Of a stretch of 64,000 nt of DNA, positions 26,377-36,406 are shown in pieces. The stretch lies in assembly GCA_040954595.2 (NCBI GenBank), contig CM082593.2:4357434-4421433 (forward strand). Reading direction: 5' to 3'. Positions within the stretch are counted from its first letter, which is position 1; each line of letters starts with the position of its first letter. A program made the translations under genes and the position numbers. The notes under the pieces are model-generated. The model had not been told where the DNA came from. It saw only the letters and a list, made by a program, of their open reading frames with translations, and ran no database searches. Source of the stretch: Balanoglossus misakiensis (lineage: Eukaryota > Animalia > Hemichordata).

Positions 26377-27677
26377 GGTATGACTCCCTCATCTCCTCTG
26401 TAGACGATCGAGGAAAAATGAAACAGGTGTCAGCCAATAAAGTGGTAATCAAATCTGCTCATTTTTCTGGCATCGTAACGTGACCACCACAACAGATCTA
26501 CATTTGCAACTTTTCCTTTAAGCAGCAACTTTTGTGTCACTAAGGATGATACCTGTTTTCTCTTTATCGGTTAACCTTTTGAATTGTGAGATTTTGTTGT
26601 TTGCTGCTGTGGCAATCTGTCTCATGTGGGCGTCAATTCAATATATCTTCAATCATATTGAGCTGTTTTCTCATGGTTTCTAAACTTTATTGGCTCAAAA
26701 CTGTTTCATTTTTTCCTCGTCTAGACATGCTGAGCAATAAAACAGTGGCTCTGAGACAGCTACAAGGCTGTAAGACAGATTTCACTAGGGAACAACAGAG
26801 ACAGCCTGTTCAGATTTGCTCTGGTCCATTACTATTCACAACACCTTGCTCGGAATTTAGTGTCAGTCGAAAAGGTCACGCAAACAATCAGGTTGAACAA
26901 AATGTAGGCAGACCAGTCATCACTCACGTTTTCCCCGCGAAGGCGAAGAACTCCCAGACAGCCCTCGAAAAGATCGAGGAGTCCAGAACTTTAGGATTAT
27001 CTTGGTGCGCTACTTGTCTGGGAGTTGATACGGATGATTCACTCTTCCGTACGTGTTGGGTGGAATATCATGATTAGTACCTACCATAGAACTACTCACT
27101 TAGGTTTACCTGGAAGTTACATTGGGCTAGCGATAACATTGGCGCAGATTCCGGCCCTCCGAACATGTCCATTGTGTTTAATCAGAGACAGATATCCGAA
27201 TGTTTCATTATCTGTCTGTCATTCGTTAAGGATGTTGAATCTTCAGTAAAATTTGCTTTATGTTGTCTACTTTGAAACTAAAACAGGCATATAGAGTTAA
27301 ATAGTCTTTCTCTGAACGGCTATATTGCTTCATAATCTATTTTATTGTTTATCTATAAGCTACATCTGGAACGATAGGAAAAAACATCATACCACATATT
27401 CTACTGAGTTATTTGCGTATTGAATAAACTCTGCTGTTAATCACTTAGATTGATTCTTTTTTTCCGACATGATTCGTAGGAGTATGAAGTTACATATACT
27501 GTCTATATTTTTAAAGTTCAAATTACTTGGCACAGAAAATAAATGCATCAACTCATCTTATTCTACTTCAGTTTGTTTAAATATTTCATGCCCTGTAATA
27601 ACGTAAATGGAAAGTACTCGTAAATTCTGCCTGATTTATAGCTCAATTCTGACTCAAATTATCTTATTTCTCCGTAG

Positions 27678-27868
27678 TATTAAACCTGTACAGTTTACCG
27701 TGCCCCAGACGACTCCGACCAGAGAGATACAAGATTTCCGATTGACGACCATCGCCAGTCAGGATAGAGGAGGGGACACGGCGCCCATTATCACAAATGG
27801 CACAGGCAGTGATTCTGAACCCAATTCCCCTGTCCCATCACGCCGCTCTTCCGTTACAGAAATTCCAG
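27678..27868 (+). CDS. SYT15: Synaptotagmin-15-like exon 3, linker (IKPVQFTVPQ...SRRSSVTEIP)
   Basis: Acceptor tatttctccgtag and donor CAG|GTTAGT. Open Ser/Pro/Thr-rich frame, phase 2 in and phase 1 out, fitting both neighbours. Confidence 0.85.
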
Positions 27869-28071
27869 GTTAGTGAAATATCTGCCGCGCCTATTAACGC
27901 ATCAATCATGTTAGTATTAAATACCGTACTTTCGACTTCTTTAGAGAAAAAAGACAATACAGTTACATTGTGTGAAAGTACGTTCACATTTTTATGTATG
28001 AAAAATTTTGAAAATCATGAATTTTGCATGAATTTGTTAAACGATTGATATATTTTATTTCATTGTTTATT

Positions 28072-28255
28072 CTATCTATCTGTCTGTCTGTCTGTGTGTC
28101 TGTATGTCTGCCTGCCTGTCTGCCTGCCTGCCTGTCTTCAAATATATCTAGTATCTATCGCTATCTATCTATCTATCTATACATCTATCTATACATCTAT
28201 ACATCCATACACTATACATCTATACACATATCTATACATATCTAGCTAGCTATCT
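28072..28255. repeat. Compound (TCTG)/(CCTG)/(TCTA) microsatellite in intron 3
   Basis: tctg, cctg and tcta runs read directly. Confidence 0.93.
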
Positions 28256-31200
28256 AATCATCTGTTTGTTGGTCCGTCCTTTTCCCTAAGCTGTGTTTCC
28301 GTTGTTCTAAGACTGTGTGTCTTTCTGCCTACATGCCTATCTCTTTGTCTGTCCATTTAATTGTCCGTGTTTTTAGTGTAATTTATTTCGTTGTGATTGT
28401 TATTCCTGTTTTTCATTTCAAAGACAATTTTAAGCGACTACAGCATTCACATTTCTAACACACTAATTTGTTTATCTGTTGATATTCTGTCTGCCAAAGA
28501 TGCAGTTGAAGGTAATTCAACAAAGGCTAGGTCATGTCTTTCATTTTGACCCTTAACCCTGATTTCCTTTCGTGTTAGGGAACACCTTCTAAAATTAGTT
28601 TAAATTCCCCTATTTGATTATAGAGTGAGTGTACAACATAGGTCTTAAACCTGCTACATTCAATTGTCAATATCGCTTCATTTAATTAACCTGTTAATAT
28701 TGAACAATTAACAAAACATTCATGTCACATTTGTAACTAAATTAGCTTATACAGTAACCATGTAATAGTTATACTTTTAATATAAGTCATAGTCAACTGC
28801 GTATAAGATTTCATTTCAATCATTGTGCATGTGCCATTGCACAGTTGTCTGTTCATTTTATTACAATTTTCGATTTGTTCTCACTTTACTAATTAATTCC
28901 TTAATTAATCAAGTTTAACCAAGTCGCATGTGACACAGGAACTTTTCTCTGTACATGTCATACCCAGCACTAACTATTCGCTCTACGTCCGAACGTAATC
29001 CCTTCAGTTGTTTTCACGATCACAAATAGCGAATATGTTCCTCTTGCTCAGTAGAACCCGTTCTATGCATGAAGAATTCACTAACATGGCATTTGTACGC
29101 TCGACACGAATAAGAATTGCGTATATTGACCTAAAACACAAGGGAATGCTACATGACTCCAGGGCTATTGCACAAGTCTCTGTTATCGATGCGCACGCAC
29201 TCTAAACTGTCTATTACGAAGTAAAAACAGGCAAAGCTTTAACCGAGGCTATGCTCATATAAGATATTTATTACTTAATCAATCATACTTTGGCATTCTA
29301 ACGGGAAGTCGACCAAGCGTCAGCGTAAGGCAGTTTTAAATTTTTTTGCAGCGTGATTCAATTATTCATCAGTTTTTAATATTGCATTGCCGAATAAATA
29401 GTTTGATTCCTTGATACAGAGACCTTGGTGGTTCATTTTTGTTTTGCTGATTAATTTTCATTTAAAAGGCATCCTGATATTGGAACCAAATCTTAAGTTT
29501 CGTAGATTTATAGGTCTTTCGTTTCAGTTTTTGGCATGCCATAGACATATGTTGGACATTTTTATGCGTTCAACCGCCATTGCTAATCCCCACTGGTGTG
29601 TTGCGTAATTAGCCGAATCCCAAATGCGCAAGGGCGCTTTGGCGGTTTTTCCGTGCACAGCCAGTCAACAAGTGAAAAAGACAGCGTTGCTGGCAGCCAT
29701 GTGTACAAAGCCTTTTTGTAAATTAGAACCAAAACCCACTTGAGATTTTTTTTGTTTTCGTTGAAAATGCTTAAATGTTAAGAGGGGTCTACAGGGTTAT
29801 TGCAATTTTGTTGTTTTGCGTCGCCAATTTGAAGTCAATGGTCATCACCAAGTCTTGTAGCGTGGCAATTTTGTGCAATCACATTTCATGTCGGTTATTC
29901 TTGTCCACGAGCGACGTAAAACGAGGCAGTCTAGTCATTACAGGCTCATCAGCCTGCTTTCTGCTTTATTAGCTTGCCATATAATTGGAACTTATGCTCT
30001 TACGTGGTCAGCTGCGGGAATCGATAAGATCTGATTTCTGGAGTAGAGACTCATCTGTCGATTGCATTTCCGCGCCGTGCATTGGATAAAGGAAGCGGGG
30101 ACTGAGCCCGGTGTGATTGTGTGACGCCGAAAGCCTCATTGATGCACGATTTAGGGGCTTCCTGTAACTTGAGCTATTACTGACCTAGATTAAGAGCCTT
30201 CCGTGCCCAAACATGAAAATTACGCGACGTGCAACAACAACGGCGAGGGAGCGTGGCCCCCAAGAACAATGTTTTACCGGGATTACCTTTCATTTTTACC
30301 GTAACTGAATATCGACGTGTAGGAAGTTGCTTTGACTCGTGGGCCCCGGCTTAAGAGCCACAACATTGACAGTCTGTATTCGATTCAGTGTGCAATGTCC
30401 CCTGCCAATACGTGTACTGTTAAAGATATTTTAATCGTAACCAATCATTGTGTTAAAATGCAAATTTTCCATAATAATAAGATATATTATGTTTCTCTGC
30501 TAACCTGGAATGTTGTTAGCTTTCCGCTATCCTTAAATATTTGAAAAGGCAATTCCGAAAGAACAATGAATTATAGAGAAGATTTAAACTATACCCTAAA
30601 TAATTTAATTACATCATTTAGGTGAATTCTGTCGGGTTAGTCCCACAGCTATGCTGTTGTTTCATAGAGAAAAAGTATTCTTTAGCTAACTATATCTAAT
30701 TATATATTTCCATGGTATTATTGGCTGGTCAAACTGCATGTAGTGTAACGATAGTTTCCTAAATACAAAGGAAAATGGGATACCTCTGAAACAGAACATT
30801 CTTGCAAAAATTAAATTCCTCTAAACCTTTCTATTCTGCTTTATTCTTTGATATGACTCATATCTATGCAATTATTTCGGCAAAAAGAAAGTGATTGTTT
30901 TTGGCCGTCTTGTGTTCAAGTCACCTCGACATGTCCGCCCCCGCACACAATATGGCGATTAGCAGACATGTTGAATTGCTAATATCCGCTGGTTTGAGAT
31001 AATGTGACCAACTGTAATCCGAAAATAATTTGCGCAGTGACCTGTGGTAGTTACGCTTGACCTTGGAAGATAACCGTTTGGATATTTATCTTAATACGCA
31101 TGAGCTAAGTTCAAGACTTAGATCTTTAAGCAGGAGTGTGGGGGTTAAGTTGACTGTATTCAGCAAAGCCATCAAATTAGTGGTATCGTGGAGTCTAAAA

Positions 31201-31294
31201 GTTTGATGGATGTAGTGCCCAATACAGTTGGCTGATCGATTGGAGGCTAATCTGTCTGCCTTTGCTAATAAGTTGCCTAACTTGAATTTTTCAG

Positions 31295-31602
31295 GTGCCT
31301 ACGTTCTGGGCGAGATTAATCCACAGCTGTATAAAATAAAGGACGACGAAACGGAGGATAATTACTTTCCCGAAGACCACTCTGGCCGTATATGGTTCGC
31401 AGTGGAGTACGAGCACGAAGCTGAGCGCCTCGTCGTCTCGCTCATGAAAGCTAAGAACTTGCCCAGCCGCGTCCTGGGAAGTGTCAATCAATGTGACCCG
31501 CTCGTTAAGATATTCCTGCTGCCGGATGAAAGGCGCCATCTACAGTCCAAGCTGCGAAGGAAGACGACCAATCCCAAGTTTGACGAGAGTTTCGTATTCC
31601 AG
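31295..31602 (+). CDS. SYT15: Synaptotagmin-15-like exon 4, C2A N-terminal part (GAYVLGEINPQLYK...GRIWFAVEYEHEAERLVVSLMKAKNLP...DPLVKIFLLPDERRHLQSKLRRKTTNPKFDESFVFQ)
   Basis: Has the synaptotagmin LGxIxPxLY motif and the SYT15-type C2A signature (GRxWFxVEY, LLPDERRxLQSK, NPxFDExFxFQ). Acceptor is ttttcag. Ends at a CAG|GCGAGT GC-type donor. Confidence 0.93.
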
Positions 31603-32357
31603 GCGAGTGCCACTAAAAATCTGCCTCCAAACAAGTTATCATTACTGCGCAATCTCCGCAAGGCACATGTACTGAGAACTCAATAATTAACTTATCTCTG
31701 ATAAGGGCAGCCCGTTTGTTGTACATCCTCGTTGATCCGTTGTACGGCGGGGATTTTTTAGTAAGATTGAATTTTACGATTATTGCGACATAAATCTTAT
31801 GCAAATCCATGCAAATCGTAAACGCGATACTTCTATCCGACCTTACACGCAGAATTAGAAACTTAATGCTGTACGTGAATTGTGTTAAATATGATCTACA
31901 AAAGTATACTGGCAAGTCATTGTACGGAAAATGCCCAAATTAAGTAGATGGTATTTCACTCATATTTCTTTGTTTGCCTCGAGAAATTGTTGGTCACGCG
32001 AAGGGGCTGCCGGTCGTTCCATGTGTTTGCCCGACGGAAACAGGGGAAATATGGGGTCAGTTATTTCCCAAACAAGAAGGGTCACATTTTATCTCCTGTG
32101 GTTTGAAGATTTATTTCCTTCAAATTCAATTAGCGGATACCTGAAATTCAAACATTATCTCGTGAGGCACTTTCAGCCTCTTAATTTCCTGTCGTCCTCA
32201 TTCTTGGCCAACGAGATCGCATGCGATAGCTAGGGCAATTTTGTCCATCGATTTGTGCATTTCATCTGATGAAATATTGATTTTTTTAAATGCCCAAAAG
32301 AGCTGTGAAAACGTAGGAAAATTTTTGCATTCCTTCTTACTAGAACCCGTACTTCAG

Positions 32358-32569
32358 TTAAAGCTCAATTAGGTGTAACTTTCAAGTCCGGACTTGAATT
32401 CCAAATTTTCACAATGACATTCCTGTTGACTACATACATATAGGTTGTGCTGATAAGCAAGATACTGGGCATTTCATCGTGTTCCAAAGATATGAACAAG
32501 AAACTGCATTAGATACACAAAACAAAAATACTGAAAACAGTGTAAAGTTACAGCCAAATGGGGCTTTAA
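32358..32569. mobile_element. Non-autonomous DNA transposon (MITE) bounded by TTAA, internally deleted copy
   Basis: Ends ttaaagctcaattaggtgtaacttt and aaagttacagccaaatggggctttaa are imperfect inverted repeats. Internal perfect palindrome ttcaagtccggacttgaa at 32381-32398. Homologous to 44747-45025. Confidence 0.7.
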
Positions 32570-33997
32570 AGTTTGTTTCCCTTCTGTGTGTACTGCATGA
32601 GCGTGTGCTGAGCTAAAATGAGTGACGTTGCTGCAGTACTTTAACAGTAGTTTTATCACTCATCGTTTATGTTCCAATAAAAACAATACGAAGCGAGATA
32701 CAAGCAAGAGGGTGTAAATCACAGCCGCACCACACACACCGATCAACGCCGTTAATAAAGCCTCAATTAGGTATCCAATCGATTACGTTGGATTGGTGTA
32801 GAGTCATCAAATGTCTCTGGATTGACACGGAAAATAAAAACGTGGGAGTTTTTCACTGCCAGGCCCGCACGTCTTTTTTTTCGCTTCTGACATGTTCATT
32901 TGATTTATTATTCCTGCGGAAATAATCATAGAATCCAAGAGACTACAGCCCAGAGGCGATAGCCATTACTAGAAAGCCCATACTAGTTCGCATGTATAAT
33001 TTGTCATTTCATTGCACTTTAATGCCTATAAATTTGCATAAACTTCTATTTCCTGCCTCGTCTTCTGGCATTATTTACTCCTCTTGTCTAGTTAGTCTAT
33101 CGCTCACTTCTTTTTCTTAATGCAGATTTAAATGTTCTCGCTGAAATATTTATAATTTCGTCGCTGGTTATATTTATTTCGTTTTCTATGCCGTTAGTCC
33201 TTTCGCTCGTTTTCCTTCATAGTGGCGGGAAACCGACGTTCGCCAAACATGACGTTATGTGATTTGTCAGCTATACGCCATTGAGGGCCATTGCCTTGAG
33301 AGAAAGTAGTAAATACGGATCGTCTCTCCGGGGAAATGGACCTGAGAATTTCAAAACTAATAGGTATCCAGGGTTATTAATGTCCGAAATTGACATTTGA
33401 ATTACATTAGACAGTTCCAAGTAATCCAATATATATAGCCGTACAGTGCCTTTTCAGTGAAAGATTGTATTTTTCTCCATTAAAGTCATGCAATTGGACA
33501 GAATGGACTTTTTCTCTAAATGTTTATTCAAACGCTAACCCCCGTAACTAAGTTCTGAATTATTAATTATGCACGTCAGTATGAAGTCGTTTCTTTAATT
33601 TTGCTTACATGTAACTGCACATCAACCTTCTACAACTGATTGCATTGAAAGAAGTAAGTCAGTGCTCCATTCACTGACGTCACAGGCCAATGTATATATC
33701 TGCCATATTGGAATACACAACATAGGCCTCCCAAAACAGCGTTCATGCGTCATTTTCCAAATTTATGGCAACAAAAAGTCAAAAACTATCTTCTAAATAG
33801 ATAACGTTATTTCTCTGTGATAAAAGCCACGCAATTATGTTGGATTCGACATGGCATACAGCCTTTTGAGATATCCAATCACACGGCCATAATGAATCTC
33901 ATAGTACCCAGCTGGGGGTCCCTGTCCAGTTGATGAAGAGTGCAGCTCAACCAATACCCAAGGGACACGTGTTAACTGACTGCCTTCATCTCCACAG

Positions 33998-34168
33998 GTC
34001 ACTTACAAAGCCCTTCTCCAGAGAACGCTTCGACTGACGGTCTGTGACGTCGACAGGTCAAAGAAACACAGGGTTATAGGTCATGTGCTACTTCCACTCA
34101 AAGATGTAGATTTCGACGGCAACGAGAAAGTGGTCATGTGGCGAGACCTTGAAAAGGACGTCACTGAG
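33998..34168 (+). CDS. SYT15: Synaptotagmin-15-like exon 5, C2A C-terminal part (VTYKALLQRTLRLTVCDVDRSKKHRVIGHVLLPLKD...VMWRDLEKDVTE)
   Basis: Acceptor ccttcatctccacag and donor GAG|GTAGGT, phase 0/0. Contains C2 loop 3 and the WRDL motif. Confidence 0.93.
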
Positions 34169-34175
34169 GTAGGTA

Positions 34176-34195
34176 ACAAACAAACAAACAAACAA
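34176..34195. repeat. (CAAA)n short tandem repeat just inside intron 5
   Basis: acaaacaaacaaacaaacaa. Confidence 0.85.
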
Positions 34196-34853
34196 CTGGA
34201 CCCAAGACGGATCTCGATCAGAGTAATCGATGTACATGATCTTTTGCCGAGCTACCTAATTTAGCATTGCACCTTCCACAAGTGAGATTACTTCCCGCAT
34301 AAATCAATTTCAATTTAATTATCTCAATGATCATCAATTTGGTTAGTCTCGTGCATAAGGTCAACTCGACCATAAAACCCCATAACCCCTTTGTAGCATT
34401 GATGCAGTTGCCATATTCTATCCCTTGCATGGTTCAAAATATGCATTTAGTGTCCTATACGCTAGCCTCTCGTAAAGAGTTCTCTTCGCTCAGGGATTTG
34501 GCGGGGACGACAGGCAATTTCCGACCTCTGATACACTTGTATTTAATGAGGCGAACTAGTGCATCGTCTGATTTCAGTGTCCGAATTTATAGGGACAGAA
34601 CATGCACCATTAACTTTACAGAGGTTGAGGGTGAAATGGGACTTTTACATGCAAATGAGAGAAGAATAAAAATCTTGTGCCGCGCACTCTGATTCCTATG
34701 GCAATATGCATCCATTGAGAAAGCATGGCCAATTCGGAATGACTTCTCGAAACTTCATTTAGTTATTTTAACAATTTCACTATATGTAAATCCTTTAGCT
34801 GTCCGATTTGTTGTAAAAGTGACTAAAAGGCAGTTTTTGTTTAACCCTTTCAG

Positions 34854-34974
34854 ACGGCATCCGAAAAGGGCGACATTGAATTTTCACTGGGCTACAACGG
34901 AGACATAGAACGATTGTCGGTGAAAATCCTGGGTGCCAAGGGACTGCCCAAACCAGAAGGTCATACAACTCTTG
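34854..34974 (+). CDS. SYT15: Synaptotagmin-15-like exon 6, C2B start (TASEKGDIEFSLGYNGDIERLSVKILGAKGLPKPEGHTTL)
   Basis: Acceptor ttaaccctttcag and donor G|GTGAGT. GDxxFSLxY...RLxVxxLxAKGL is the C2B opening motif. Confidence 0.92.
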
Positions 34975-35166
34975 GTGAGTACTCTTTGCCAAACAGTCGT
35001 CCAAAGAAGTACTGTTGTGACCTGTATCTGTATAACCCCCATGACAATTTTTATTGTACATTGTATCCATACTTACGTTTTTACATGGTCATGCCATTAC
35101 ACCTCGTAATGGTACTACTACCGGTACTTTGTCTTTAATGTAAACATGTTTGACAATTTGTTTCAG

Positions 35167-35349
35167 ATACGTACGTCAAAATTAGCCTTCTTCACGTCAA
35201 CAAGGTGACAAAAACGAAGAAATCATCCATCATTAAGAGATCCACCGATCCTGTCTTCAATGAATTTTTTTACCTTAAAGTCTCGTCCGATCAACTGGAC
35301 ACCACAAGTCTCAGCATTGCTGTCATGAGACACGCCCCTGGGGTCAAAG
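35167..35349 (+). CDS. SYT15: Synaptotagmin-15-like exon 7, C2B middle (DTYVKISLLHVNKVTKTKKSSIIKRSTDPVFNEFFYLKV...SLSIAVMRHAPGVK)
   Basis: Acceptor tttgtttcag and donor AAG|GTGAGA, phase 1/1. Contains YVKI, a polybasic KTKKS strand and PVFNE. Confidence 0.92.
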
Positions 35350-36278
35350 GTGAGACAAGTCATCTTGTCGATTTAAGGTTTGATATTTCTTGACACAATG
35401 AAAAAACAATTCCTTATCAACTACGTCGTCATGTTCACAATGAACGTTCAGCTACTGCCACGTGCACCCCTCAACAAAGACAACTATATTCCGATCCTCC
35501 CAAAATAAAATATTAAAGTAACTTGGAACAAATTGGCCATTTAAAGTTTCACGGTCGACTGACCATAACTACAGTGCAAGCATTATTGCCTTGTTGTGGT
35601 AGAATCTGTGCCGTGAATAGACCCGGATTTATGAGTAGTATCATGCAATAAGTCACAATCATAATTCTTCCATCAGTACAGTCACTGAACAGGTTTCCTC
35701 CGACGCGGAAATTAACCAATGTCATTGAGTTCACATTTCTTGTCATAATTGAAGTCATCTGTGTATCTGTCGGTTTCCTAACTGAGCTCAAACAGCAGCC
35801 ATGATATTAAATTTCCAATATAGTAATTACCTGAACTTCTCTCCGTTCTCGTTTCATATTTGAAGGTTTTGCCGAGTAATTACCCTGTAGCTATATGTTT
35901 CTCATTTTTCTCCCCAGAAAATCAGCAGTCTAACTCTAACTTCACGTATATCACATATTGATATGTCAACCCTTCATTACAAATCAGCAGGAAACATTAG
36001 GCAAATTCCAATTAAGCTGTTATTCTCAAAACTCTTTGTTGTTACATGAAACTTTCTTTATATCAGAGTGGTCAATTGTGACTTAAGATTAACTGCCATT
36101 TTGACGTTCAATTGGTGGTAGCAAATTTGAGACAACAACATCTGTTTTATCTATCTTTATTTCAGGAAATACAGACAAGTATTTTGCAAATACCAATAGC
36201 ATCTAATAAAAAAAAAAAACACAAACACAATACCTTAAAACAACCTTAATTTACCTACACAATCCATTTTCGCTTCAG

Positions 36279-36406
36279 GTGATCGACAGATTGGTCGTGT
36301 AGTCGTCGGTCCCTTTATGTACGCGCGTGGGAAGGAACTTGAACATTGGAATGAAATGGTCAGTAACCAGAAGGAACTGGTCACACACTGGCATCCACTC
36401 ACATAA
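36279..36406 (+). CDS. SYT15: Synaptotagmin-15-like last coding exon (GDRQIGRVVVGPFMYARGKELEHWNEMVSNQKELVTHWHPLT*)
   Basis: Acceptor ttttcgcttcag. GRVVVGPxMYxRGxELEHWxEM and the terminal WHxL are characteristic of SYT15-type C2B. Stop TAA at 36404-36406. Confidence 0.94.

Noticed and set aside
26943-27048. Selenocysteine or readthrough exon: a phase 1-to-2 reading (GEELPDSPRK...SGS*YG*FTLP) would join exon 3 across two TGA codons
   Set aside because: Two TGAs in a non-conserved frame, a weak acceptor and no SECIS recognised. The stop-free frame of the same DNA is the simpler reading.
31228-31686. ORF-track 152-aa protein as a stand-alone gene
   Set aside because: It is exon 4 plus read-through into the flanking introns. 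The real boundaries are 31295-31602.
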